In this document: piece after piece, positions 10,978 through 23,738 of the stretch | Layout of the letters: each line of letters starts with the position of its first letter | Numbering within the stretch: the first letter of the stretch is position 1 | NCBI RefSeq assembly: GCF_006345805.1 | Contig: NC_042998.1 | Location: forward strand, 197,904,001 to 197,968,000 | Direction: 5' to 3' | DNA length: 64,000 nt | From: Octopus sinensis | Taxonomy: Eukaryota | Translations under genes and position numbers: made by a program | Notes under the pieces: generated by a model | Database searches by the model: none | Told to the model about the DNA's origin: nothing | What the model saw: only the letters and a program-made list of their open reading frames with translations

Positions 10978-12469
10978 CATGCAGCATAATCGTATCGAAC
11001 CCCATTCACAAGCAGAAGTGGTGCGTAGTAGGATCGAAACCAGCTACACACGGTTGTGAAGCGAGTTCTTCGTATTCTCTCATGGATCTTGGAATATACA
11101 TACTTCGCTGAAACACTATGGCCATGTTGTAAAAATATTAATAAATCTATCTATTCAATATTCTGTTTCAAAACATCTAGTTCTTTCTTACAACGAAGAA
11201 TTTCCTCCATATTCTTCACATTTATTTTACTCGAACTCACTGTTTATGTTATATATGAAAACATTTGATACTTTGGGCTTCTGCGATAATTAGTTCTCTA
11301 GTATTTCTGTTATTTCTACTATGTCTGCTATATTTTATTGTTCTTATGCAACCTTTCCACCTTTTTCATTTACTAATGCCGATCTTGGATTTCTGTTAAT
11401 AGTATTACAGTTTTCCATACCGTCTGATTGTTTTTATTGCCCGTTCCACCACCTTCCTGCTTACCTATCAGATGTTTTCTTATATTGCCTGGAGTGTTTA
11501 CACATATTAGTTGTTCTACATTGCATTTTGCTTACGTCCATTTTTCTCTGTGTGCGTGTGTGTGAATCCTGAAGATTTACTTGTGCTGCTTCGTTGGTTA
11601 TTTTTACCATTTCTTTGTTCTCCATCGATGAGGTGCTATTTATGTTTAGGTTTTCTTCCATCAATCCTCGTTCAGTTTTCCCTCGCTTATCTTTTTCTTT
11701 ATCATTTCTATTATATTTTCTAAATCATCTTTTGTCATGAGGTTGTTATGACTTCCATTTAACTCGCTTTGCTTTTCATTTAGTCTGTGTTCTGGTGTGA
11801 GAGTATGTGTCTGTTTTATATATACGTGTGTTTATGTATGTCAGAATGCGCAAGAGTTATTGTGAACGCATATATATATATGTGTGTGCGTGCGTGTATG
11901 TGTGTATGTTTATTACTAATTCGTATTGTATTAGTTGTATCTATAGAAACCATTTGGTTTCTGAATTCTGTCCATTTTCTCTAAGTACCGTTCATTGTTG
12001 CTTTGTAAACGTGTGTTTAATTGCTGAGTTCCTATGATTTCTTATAGTCTGTGTATTCTTTAGATGTAGAGAATCATAGTTATCTCCTAATATTCTATCA
12101 TACTAGCTTGGAAACTGGATATAAAGCAACTTTAGAATTTCTACTCACGAGAATGCTTTTGTTTCTAAATACATATATTCCTTGGAATATTAGTTGAAGG
12201 ATTGTATCTCGCCTTAATTTTACAAATCAGATTATTTTATCAACAAATCCTCAAATTGATTTATTATTTTGAATAGGAACTGAACAGTATAAAAACCAGG
12301 TAGGAATCTTTGTCTATTTACCTTTGAATAGATTAGGTTCTTCTGTATTGTAATTCAGGAATCGTATAAGTATCCAGCATCGTATACCTCTCAAATCTTC
12401 TCAGCAGAATATACATACATACATACATACATACATACATACATACATACATACATACATACATACATA

Positions 12470-12577
12470 CCCCGTTGGTGTTGAAATTCCAATGAAGGAG
12501 CCTTGGATCTAGGTTAGAAACCCGGCTCTTTCTCTATTGGCCAGAAATCTTGAAATAAAACTGAACAATGTCATACA
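12470..12577 (+). mobile_element. Short (ATAC)n-associated interspersed repeat (second copy 23367-23460)
   Basis: gttgaaattccaatgaagga...aagaaatcttgaaataaaa.tgaa.aatg shared by both copies, each in ATAC arrays. Confidence 0.6.
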
Positions 12578-12579
12578 TA

Positions 12580-13312
12580 GAGGTCTGATGAATAAACATC
12601 TGGATTGTTGCCATAGCAACGAAGCTACTGTGCACAGAGTGAAGCCGCTTGGTACAGATTGAAGTCTGCTGTGCATGTGCACAAAGCTTTGACGTTCTAG
12701 CTCACTTCGTGCTGTTTACAGCAGTGCTTGGAAGGAAGGTGTGTAGCGTGTGATTGTCGCATTGACCATGACAGAGAAAGTTGTCATGGCGATACCTGCT
12801 CAGAGGCCTGCGCAAAGCTGCAGAAAGTATATGGAGAGGAGTGTATGAGCGGCACACAAGTGTACGAGTGGGTCAGAGGTTTTCAAGACGGTCGAGAAAA
12901 TGTCGATATTGACGAACGTTTTGAGAGACCTGCAACCAGCAGAACTGAGAAAAACATCGCAAATGTGCGTGCAGGTGAGAGGGGAAATCGTCGAATCACT
13001 ATCCGTGAGTTATCCCAGAATCTGCAGATTAGTTACGATTCACTACAGTCCATTGGATATGAGACGCGTGTCTGCCAAGTTTCAGCCAAAACCGCATCCA
13101 GCTGACCAAAATGCACAAGATCGACGTGACGATCACATGCTACACACCTTCCTTCCATGCATTGCTGTGAACAGGAGAAGTGATATAAAACGTTAAGGCT
13201 CAGTGCGCATGCAAAGCAGAGTTCAAGGTTAATCGGTGCCAAGCGGCTTCACTGTACGTGCTTTAGCTTCGTTACTATAGCAACAGTCCGGATACCTGTT
13301 CATCAGACCACG
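12580..13312 (+). mobile_element. Mariner-derived non-autonomous element with long (about 180 bp) imperfect TIRs
   Basis: TA flanks 12578-79/13313-14; HTH-region remnant QVYEWVRGFQDGRENV...RRITIRELS...MRRVSAKF. Confidence 0.85.
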
Positions 13313-13752
13313 TACATGCATACATACATACATACATACACACACAGATACATACATACATGCGTGCGTGCGTACCTACGTGTATGTGTATGTATGTGCA
13401 TGCTTGTGTATGTGTGAGTGTACGTGTGTCTATGTGTGCGTGTGTGTGCATATGTGTTTGCGTGCGTATACATATGTATGTATGTGTGTATATATGTGTA
13501 TGTACATTCACAATGTACTTTAATAAAGAAAAGAACGCGATGTACTTGGTCATTTGATCGTCAAGAAACAACACACAAATTTCCCTCAAAATACATCCCA
13601 CTATCTTGGAAAAGGTACATTGGAAAATGTAATACTTGATATAAAAAAAGGGCAGGATAGTCTCTCTTGAAATATCTCCAGTCATGATTCCTTGATCAAT
13701 GCTGACCTTGGGATAAAGAATGACTGCCGTACATTATTCGTTATGTAACTTA

Positions 13753-15002
13753 CGTGAGGGGCTGAAATTTTCAGTGGCTGACTTTGAAGGGGTGATGCTA
13801 CAGGTGTGAAGTCTTGTCTGCATTAATTTCAAAGCTTCTTATAAATAGCTGCATTGTTTCTTTCCAGGTAAATTGACATTTGTCTGTTCCGAGAAGACTT
13901 CAAAAGTAACTAGTAAAGGCTTCTCTTGAAAATGGACAAAATTTGGCATCCTCGTGTTATCAAGTATCTGTAGAAAAGTGTTTTAGCGTCCCAGGGCACT
14001 CATGTGTCCCAGGACACTAAGTTACTACATTAGAGGGTTACCTTCCAACTTTATCAACGGTGCAGAAGTGGGAAGTTGAATTTTGGAGAGGAACGGAGAA
14101 ACTTGAAGATGACTCAAGTTTGGACATTCTGGCAACACTGAAGAACACATTGATCGTGTTCATCACATGGAGAAGGACGACAGGCGATTGATTATAAATC
14201 AAATTGTCAAAGCTATAGCATATCCTGTGAGGAGGATGAGAATATTCTGCACAATACATTTGGCACGACGAAGGTTTCTGCTCGGTGGGTACCACGCCTT
14301 CTGGCACCTGACCAAAAGCGCACCAGGCTGATTACATCGCGGGAACATCTGACATTATCTCAGGCAGACCTTGCTGGTTTCCTTGAACGTTTCCTAAGCC
14401 AGGATGATTGTTAGCTTCAATACTTCGAGCCAGAGAAAAAGAGAGAATCTAAGCTGCAAAGAAGGCCAAGGTCGTTTCATCTGCAGCAGGCTGATGACTC
14501 CAGTTTTTGGGGATGCGAAAGGCATTGTATTTATTGATTATCATCAAGAGGATGCAAAAGGCGCTTGTTTATTGACTATCAATGTAAAGTACTACCCTAA
14601 CTTACTGAGACAGCTACGAAAATATACAGAGAGCAAACGCCCAGGAAAACTGATTCATCTTGATTCATCTTTAGACAATGCTCCAGTGTACAAATCCTAG
14701 GTTTCATTGGCTGCTGTGTGTGACTATGGCTTCGAACCCGCTGATCATCCTCCTTATTCTTCTTATTTAGCTGTATCTAACATGAAAAAGCAACTGGATG
14801 GGGACTAGTATCGAGGTGATGATGGCGTAATATCTATTGTCGATGACTTTTATGATCAACAGGATAAAAGATCCTTTACCAACGGGATAAACATTGCAAC
14901 ATCGATGGACCGCAAAGGAGACTATATTGAAAAATAAGCCTCATTTGGCCACATTTCGTGAGAGTATCTTGATCAGCGTATGGACTTTTCAGCCGGCCCT
15001 CG
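13753..15002 (+). mobile_element. Mariner (DD34D) transposon, decayed
   Basis: VSARWVPRLL, VFGDAKGIVFIDY, LDNAPVY and HPPYS motifs; TIR-like ends. Confidence 0.85.
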
Positions 15003-15430
15003 TTTTATTCGGGACTCGGAAATAAATGCTACTTCTGATATTTCAGACAGGGCCTTAATGACACAAACGGTTAGTAGTCTCCACAGATTCTAGTTGTTCT
15101 CTTGATTTCAGTTTATATTCAGGCTCTGTTAGAAACTCTGCCTCTCAAAGCGCTGCAGCGGCAGCTGATTCCGCGTGCAATACGTTGCACCATCTTAATA
15201 AGTGAATGAAGTCGTTTAATAATGTACTGTCATAGATTGACAGTCTCACTGTTGGTACGCTTTTAATTATGAGTCTGCTTGATTAGAGTTGTTCCGGGAT
15301 AATCAACAATAACCCCAAAGAACGCCATTGCAACAAAAGTTATACACTCAACACGCCAATGACTGCGATATAGTTTTCATCTTTATTTATTATCATTTAA
15401 CTACAGTTTCGTTTCTTTAACCATTGCGAA

Positions 15431-15821
15431 ATCTCTATATAAAGCTGAAGTTGTCTGTGTATGGCAAGTTTGGTAGCCTTCAACTAACTCTATCTCCTCC
15501 GAGACCCTGCAGCGCAAGTTGACCAAAATTGAGAGTATGATAGAAGAGGGATTGCACTTCCTTCCGTAGAAGAAAAAATTCAAATCGGACCACGTTAACA
15601 CCAAAAATTATTTACATCAAAAAGGTGATTTTTTTTCTATGAAAATCCCTATTTTTTACGATTTTGTGACTGCTGTATCGCCATTTTTCGGTATATTTCA
15701 ACCAGAAAAATGTTCACTTAAAGAGAATAACAAGTTACATAATGCAAAAGTTTTACTTTTCAAGAATTCCAATTTTAAAGGGTCGAAACAACCCCGAGCA
15801 ACGCCGGGCGATACTGCTAGT
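15431..15821 (-). mobile_element. Helitron/HINE-like non-autonomous element
   Basis: 5' actagcagtatcgcccggcgttgctcggg; 3' cagacaacttcagctttatatagagat; sister of 34184-34552. Confidence 0.7.
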
Positions 15822-16699
15822 GTATTATCAATGTTAAATCATGTTAAAAATATTCAACATTAAGACAATAACAAAGAAATATTTTTATTTTTTGTTTTTG
15901 TTTTTATTGTGTAGTTGATCTTCGTCCAACTTTTTTTGTTCGAAGTATTCATTTGCTTTTGTTGTTTAACTTTGGGTCAGCTCCGGCCAAAGATCCTATA
16001 ATTGAAGACGTCGGCGATAACCGTTATATTTTCTGTACGTCTAGGTCAGATTTACGATGCAGTTAACGAGTTAATGTTCCTTAAGTTGATAGACTAGATT
16101 ATCCTATTTGTTTCCTTGTTGTTTTTCCTTTGTAAGAAGACATTCACACTTGGTTTGGTAACTACTGTTTCTAGACAGTCGAGCGAATAATCGTTTCCCC
16201 GTTAGCTTGTCTTCAGACCATCCGATCTAATTAAAGAGGCACTGATCACATATCCAACTAATAAAAATCCGAGAGTGATTACACGAGGCAACAGATTTTT
16301 ATGGAAGTTCTATTTTGCTCATTTTTTTGTATTTTTCTATCAAGTTTGTCATGCTTAATACGAAAACCTCATAAGTTTTATTTTATATCAACAAAGATTT
16401 GCATAATAATCATGAGCACACATTATTTATAATACAGCTTATTGCAACTCAACGGCACAAAATAACACATGATAGAAATCGTATTACATCGACCATGAAT
16501 AATGCAACAAAATTATAAATAACTGTGGTGGTACAGCGCATGAAAAATATAATGCAATCAGAAATGAACATTTCACCGTCATTGTCTCTTGTGACCACTT
16601 CTCTTATGTTGCTCGCTTCTCCAGCAACTGCGTAACCCGAGGCTTTGATTTCAGCTTCATGTCCGGATTCAAACGTTAGTCGAGTTTGAATCGGCGGTC

Positions 16700-17156
16700 T
16701 TTCGTTATATGTCACTTGAAGACAAGATGCTTGGACAGATCGGTTTCTTTCTATCGTCTGAACCTTTTTAAACTAACAAAAATCACAGTCGTCTACACGA
16801 CCTATCACTTCTTGACAAATTCTTAGAATTGTAAATGGCATGCATTTCCTGCAGCCACGCATCCAGTACAGAACATCAACAACCACAGATTACATGAGGA
16901 GTCCATGGTTTGTCCTGGGCGCCAAAGGGTATGTTGAAGCACTTTCCATCACGTGCTACATTATATTAAGTAAATAACACATTAGACTGGTTTTGATCCA
17001 ATGCGATGTCCACACATAGCAAAGGGAGTCAGGGGATATATTTCAATGTTTAGAAGACATCATCATATTATCTATAACAATGAAACACTAACATTAATAC
17101 AATGTACTCAAGGGAAGCACACGTGACATGAGCAGAATATTGAAAAAAAACTGTGA
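16700..17156 (-). mobile_element. Chapaev3-like (CMC) transposase N-terminal zinc-finger remnant
   Basis: PDSLCYV (17033-17013) and GAQDKPWTPHVICGC..L.AWL motifs; putative CAC start at 17156. Confidence 0.55.
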
Positions 17157-17565
17157 TTCTTATTTCTAATCTTGTACAACTATTACAGTTTTCAAAACAC
17201 AACCCACTTGAATACTTGTAAAACACTGCTCTTATACTATTTTCAATTGCTTCAGAGCAATAAAAAATACATCATCATCAAATAGTAAATATAAGTAAAT
17301 ATATAAATATATTGTCTTGTGCTTACTCGGACAGTCTATTAATAGTAGTTCTATTGTTAGTATCTCATTATTATATGGCTCATTGTGTGTATAAGTATTT
17401 CAATGAATCAGCTAGAGTCAAGTCTACCATTCTTAATTCTGGAAAATTCTACATAGTAACAGAAGTCTAATGCTAGTGTAAATGTGACACAATGTTATGC
17501 ATGATAGAAAATAATTCTTGATATAACTAATAAGATATTGATGATGTTGTTAAAAAACTTTTTAC

Positions 17566-17996
17566 GAGTGGCTGTGTGGTAAGTAGCTTGCTAACCAACC
17601 ACATGGTTGCGGGTTCAGTCCCACTGCGTGGCATCTTGGGCAAGTGTCTTCTGCTATAGCCTCGGGCCGACCAATGCCTTGTGAGTGGATTTGGTAGACG
17701 GAAACTGAAAGAAGCCTGTCGTATATATGTATATATATATGTATGTGTGTGTGTGTTTGTGTGTCTGTGTTTGTCCCCCTAGCATTGCTTGACAATCGAT
17801 GCTGGTGTGTTTACGTCCCCGTCACTTAGCGGTTCGGCAAAAGAGACCGATAGAATAAGTACTGGGCTTACAAAGAATAAGTCCCAGGGTCGATTTGCTC
17901 GACTAAAGGCGGTGCTCCAGCATGGCCGCAGTCAAATGACTGAAACAAGTAAAAGAGTAAAGAGTAAAGAGTAAAGAGTAAAAGAGTAAAAGAGTA
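17566..17996 (+). mobile_element. SINE family A
   Basis: Full-length match with (aaagagt)n tail. Confidence 0.92.
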
Positions 17997-18340
17997 ATCG
18001 TGCTGAACATGTTGGAAACATGCAAGAAACAGAAAAATAATCGAGTGAAAGAATTTTCTGTTTAGTCGAGTTATTTACAATGTTATACATTCAGAGATAA
18101 TCCATGAACATCCCTGTCATACGGAAAAAAAGAGTTAGATGAAATTATTCTTTCGCATAAACAAGGGATACAATACAAAAAAGGTTTCTGTTTCTTAATC
18201 GTCGTTATCGGTAGTATATTCTTTACTAATACTCGTGTACTATGTTGTATCTAGCTTACTAATATAGAAATAGTCATAAAAAACAATGAATGGTGCCGGA
18301 AAATTAGATTAATTGGTAATTTAATCATATAATTTTTTTT

Positions 18341-18757
18341 TTCTTTTACTCTTTTATTTGTTTCAGTCAATTGACTGCGGCCATGCTGGAGCACCGCCTT
18401 TAATCGGGCAACTCGACCCCGGGACTTATTCTTTTTTTGTAAGCCCAGTACTTATTCTATCGGTCTCTTTTTGCCGAACCGCTAAGTGACGGGGACGTAA
18501 ACACACCAGCATCGGTTGTCAAGCAATGCTAGGGGGACAAACGCAGACACACAAATACACACACACGCACACACATATATATATACACATATACGACGGG
18601 CTTCTTTCAGTTTCCGTCTACCAAATCCACTCAGAAGGCTTTGGTCGGCCCGAGGCTATAGTAGAAGACACTTGCCTAAGGTGCCACGCAGTGGGACTGA
18701 ACCCGGAACTACGTGGTTGGTAAGCAAGCTACTTACCACACAGCCACTCCTGCGCCT
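18341..18757 (-). mobile_element. SINE family A
   Basis: Full-length match. Confidence 0.92.
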
Positions 18758-19131
18758 ATATGCATATATGCCATATATTTTTTAAGATAAAAAGATGGGC
18801 TTGATAATTTCCTGTTTTAACAGATAAATAACTACAGTAAGAGACAATTACCAAAATTCTTTACAATGCTGGACACATGATTTGCAATGTTTTTAGCGGT
18901 TCTTTACGTTCAAACTTCAATCTTTCTGGAGACAATATTGCTTTTCATTCTTCTGAGATCGATAAATAAGCAACGATCGAGAACGGTGAATTGATGGAAC
19001 TTTTATTGCGGTATTTGTACTGAGTTAACTTGCTTAAGTAATGGTGCCAAATTACATGAACCTGCACAGACCTGCGTCCTGGAGAGGAATTTTTCTGGTG
19101 TTAAAACTGCCATCTTCGAGTGATATATGTC

Positions 19132-19162
<31 letters not shown>

Positions 19163-19630
19163 CATACATACATACATGCATACATACATACATACATACA
19201 TACATACATACATACATACATACATGCATACATACATACATACATACATACATACATACATACATACATACATACATACACACATACATACATACATACA
19301 TACATGCATACATACATACATACATACATACATTCATACATACATACATACATACATACATACATACATACATACATACATACATACATACATGCATACA
19401 TAACATACATACATACATACATACATACATACATACATTCATACATACACACATACATACATACATACATACATACATACATACATTCATACATACATAC
19501 ATACATACATACATAGATACATACACACATACATACATACATACATACATACATACATACATACATACATACATACATACATACATACATACATACATAC
19601 ACACACATATACGCGCACACACATACATTA
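19132..19630. repeat. (ATAC)n array, about 500 bp
   Basis: Direct reading. Confidence 0.95.
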
Positions 19631-19748
19631 CAAATATGCATAGTTTTCAAAGCTGTCACTGAGCGATAGGTCATTCTTTATGAGATTAAAGAAAAAGAGA
19701 ACTGCTTTTCTGTTATAAGTGATGTTAATTACTGGATAATTAATACCT

Positions 19749-20030
19749 ATTTCTTTATTACCCATAAGGGGCTAAACATAGAGGGGACAAACAGGGACAG
19801 ACAAAGGGATTAAGTCGATTACAACGACCCCAGTGCGTAACTCGTACTTAATTTATCGACCCCGAAAGGATGAAAGGCAAAGTCGACCTCAGCGGAATTT
19901 GAACTCAGAACGTAACGACAGACGAAATACGGCTACGCATTTCGCCCGGCGTGCTAACGGCTCGAAATGCTTAGCGGCATTTCGTCTGCCGTAACGTTCT
20001 GAGTTCAAATTCCGCTGAGGTCGATTTTGC
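19749..20030 (-). mobile_element. SINE family B with inverted partial second copy, 17-bp TSD
   Basis: TSD ctggataattaatacct at 19732-19748 and 20031-20047. Confidence 0.88.
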
Positions 20031-20391
20031 CTGGATAATTAATACCTTCGTATGCACATTCTTAATGAGCATCTAGATGAAACCTGTAGCAGACGAATTA
20101 ATGAAATTACTAAACAAAAGCAACTAAGGAGGAAAACAAAACTTGAGGACAACACCAACAATCTGCGCCACCACATTTGATGGTTAACCACAATAACAAA
20201 AATATAAGCGAAATAATGAGTTCATGTCTCACCAATTACATCTTATGCACACAAAAAAATAAATAAAACCCTGTGACAGCTCTTTATGCCAAGCTCTTGG
20301 GGGGGAAAGCTAATTACTCTAAAAATCGAACTCAAGACACTGAGCAAGAAATTTTGTTATCGTAGAAAAATTTTCCAGTGCGCAGGTATAA

Positions 20392-20620
20392 GGCGGCGAG
20401 CTGGCAGAAACGTTAGCACACTGGGCAAAATGCTTAGCGGTATTTCGTCTGCGTTACGTTGTGAGTTCAAATTCCGCCGAGGTCGACTTTGCCTTTCATC
20501 CTTTCGGGGTCGATAAATTAAGTACCAGTTACACCCTGGGGTCGATGTAATCGACTTAATACCTATGTCTGTCCTTGTTTGTCCCCTCTGTGTTTAGCCC
20601 CTTGTGGGTAATAAAGAAAT
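20392..20620 (+). mobile_element. SINE family B
   Basis: Full length; 8-bp direct repeat aggtataa at both ends. Confidence 0.92.
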
Positions 20621-20856
20621 AGGTATAAATCCCAAGACTGCTTCCAATCCATAGATGTTATATAGGGATCCGAGGGAAAGAAACATTGCCTTTTGAGAAA
20701 CCTGTAGAATCATTCTGGTTTAAATCTGGAAAGAAAAGAGAGATTTCATCCTGAATATTAAGAAAGAATACTGTACCAACATCAGCAATAAAGCATACAC
20801 AATCGACCACGAAACTTTCACCATAGTTGTAAGCAAACTATATAATGGGAAAGTAC

Positions 20857-21089
20857 AAGGCGCCGAGCTGGCAGAAACGTAAGCACGCCGGGCGAAATGC
20901 GTAGCCGTATTTCGTCTGCCGTTACGTTCTGAGTTCAAATTCCACCGAGGTCGACTTTCCCTTTCATCCTTTCGGGGTCGATAAATTAAGTACCAGTTAC
21001 GCACTGGGGTCGATGTAAACGACTTAATCCCTTTGTCTGTCCTTGTTTGTCCCCTCTATGTTTAGCCCCTTGTGGGCAGTAAAGAAATA
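20857..21089 (+). mobile_element. SINE family B
   Basis: 18-bp TSD tatataatgggaaagtac at 20839-20856 and 21090-21107. Confidence 0.93.
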
Positions 21090-22356
21090 TATATAATGGG
21101 AAAGTACCTGGAAGAGACGTAATAGTTGGATACAGGTACAATCTACGGAACTTCTACAAAAAGCAATTAATATTTATATTCAAAAGATCCAGAATTATGA
21201 CTCAGAATGACATACCAAATTAGCTTGTTATAGCACGAACGAATCTTGTAACCAAAAATGAAACCCAGCGAGTTGCAGAAAACTTGGCCCATTGCTTGCC
21301 TAAACATTATGTGCAGGATTTACACAAGTTATCACAACCAATTCCTTCAGGCTCATTGTGAGTCCAGCAAAATAGAGACTAATGAGCAGGTATATGGAAA
21401 GGAAGAGCTGTGATGGTCTGCTGAAAAACGTTTGATAAACAAAGCAGTAATGTCCGAGGTAAGAAAACATCACAGAAACCTTGTGATAGCATCGCTTGAT
21501 TGTAGCGAAGCATTCTACTCTATTCTCTACTCATGGTTGCTGAAGTGTCTAAATACTTGTCAAAAGTACTTTTGAGAGGTTTACAAAAATCTGTGTAACA
21601 CTCCTCACGTTTACAGCTGAGAGCGGAGAGATCGCCTTCCATATTATAAATATTTCAAAGGGAATATTCCAAGGACATTGTCTTTCCGTAATTCTCTATA
21701 TTTGGCATTATATTCATTATAATTTCTTTCACCAAAAAATCCAGTGGCTATATACAAGGTTCCTACTCTGCTAGACATACCAACGCAGCCCATAATTTCT
21801 TGGTGGATGACCTGAAGATCTATGCTTAAAATGCTTATAATGCAAAGCGGATGAATATCAATGTATCACAATTTCGGCTTTTGGCGAAAGGAAGTGTTCG
21901 TCCCCTAAACCAGGATCTGTGCATCAACAGTCTTTCTATTTCTTCAGTTCCACACAAAGAATACTAAAAAATACCTAGGCAATATACCACTATACATTTA
22001 CAGCACCAATTCTAATACCAAAATTTGAGATAGTAGAGTGGTCTGTGGAGGAAATTCGTTCCATACACGTTAAATGATGCAAGATCCTGACCTCACATGG
22101 AAACTTCCGCACAAATATTGACAGGATCTACCTAAGAAGGGATGAAGGGAGTTGAAGCTTGAGATTAATGCAGACAGCTTTCTATTGTCGTATAATCTCT
22201 CTCAGACAGCACCTGATAAACAGCAGCAGCCAAATTAAATGCATAAACTTAGTGCTGAATAACCAAGGGAGTATCCTACGAATGAGTAGTGAGCTCCCCA
22301 GAAAGTACTCTCTTCTTGACTACCTTCCATAAACCCAAAACATACATACATATATA

Positions 22357-23226
22357 CGCATTCTGATCAATACGTATCCGGACTGCTGAAATAGTAATGA
22401 AGTTTAAGCACGTAGAGTAAAGTCGCTTGGCGTAGATTGACCTTAAACTCTGCTGTGTATGCGGACTAAGTTTTAAAGTTCTAGCTTCCTTCCGCTGTTT
22501 ACAACAGTGCTTGGAAGGAAGGTGTGTAGCGTGTGATCATCGCAATGACCATAACAAAGTTGAGTAGAGAATCTGCATCAAATTTTGCCAAAAGCTTGGT
22601 GATACCTGCTCAGAGGCCTATGCAAAGTTTTCAAAAAGTTTTCGTCGTTCTCGACACAATCAAGGAGGGTTTCTTTTTGCTCATCTGAATGCAGTTTTAG
22701 CACAAACTTGGCAGACATGCGTCTCATACCCAAATCTTCAGTTATAAAGGATTGAACTGGACCATAACTAATTTGCACATCCTCTGATAACTCATCGCTG
22801 GTGATTCGACGATTTCCCCTCTCACCTGTACGCACGTCTGCGATGTTTTTCTCAGTTCTGCTGGTTGCGGGTCTCCCAGAACGTTCATCAATATTGACAT
22901 TTTTTCGGCCATCTTAGAAATGTCTGAACTACTCATACACTTGTGTGTGGCTCATACACTCCTATCCATACACTTTCTGCAACCTTATGTAGGCCTCTGA
23001 GCGAGTATCGCCATGACAACTTTCTCTGTCATGGTCAATGCGATGATAGCACGCTACACACGTTCCTTCCAAGCACTGCTGTAAACAACGGAAGTGAGCT
23101 AGAACGTTCAAATTTCCTGTGCATGTACAGCAGAGTTTATGGTCAATATGTGCCAAGCGGTTTCACGCGTAGTGCTTTAGCGTTGTTACTATGGCAACAA
23201 TCTGGATACTTATTGATCAAACCTCA
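22357..23226 (-). mobile_element. Mariner-derived non-autonomous element (same family as 12580-13312)
   Basis: TA flanks; RRITSDELSEDVQISYGPVQSFITEDLGMRRMSAKFVLK. Confidence 0.85.
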
Positions 23227-23457
23227 TACATATATACATTAAAGTATATATGCGCATGGCAAGACATGCAACTATATGCATGAAAATACATACATGAAAC
23301 AAAGTGCACAAATCTGCATATGCACCAACTCCAAATACTGCACATATACACACATGTATGCAAAAATACCCTGTTGATATTGTTGAAATTCCAATGAAGG
23401 ATTCGAAACCGATTCCTTTTCTGTTGACAAGAAATCTTGAAATAAAATTGAATAATG

Positions 23458-23647
23458 ATATACATACATACATGCATGCATGCATACATACATACATACA
23501 TACATACATACATACATACATACGTACATACATACATACATACATACATACATACATACATACATACATACATACATACATACATACATACATACGTACG
23601 TACATACATACATAGTTATCTATCTATCTAGTTAGCTAGCTTGATAG

Positions 23648-23737
<90 letters not shown>
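23458..23737. repeat. (ATAC)n followed by (GATA)n
   Basis: Direct reading. Confidence 0.95.

Positions 23738-23738
<1 letters not shown>

Larger units (their letters stand above)
20050..22320 (+). mobile_element. Old R4/Dong-like LINE RT remnant, interrupted by two SINE B copies
   Basis: LINKAVMSEVRKHHRNL..A.LD...AF, KGIFQGHCLS, FLVDDLKIYA and NIDRIYLRRDEG motifs. Confidence 0.75.

Noticed and set aside
11060-12410. Possible PLE ORF remnant on the minus strand
   Set aside because: Only vague motif resemblance across many stops; cannot support a call
19041-19674. Long HTYI/MYVC ORFs (also 43.8-45.4, 23.2-23.6 and 56.2-56.7 kb)
   Set aside because: Stop-free translations of (TACA)n or (TA)n microsatellites
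23226-23460. Composite of the mariner derivative and the ATAC-tailed repeat
   Set aside because: Spacing and relative orientation differ between the two loci; co-location in TACA arrays is enough to explain it
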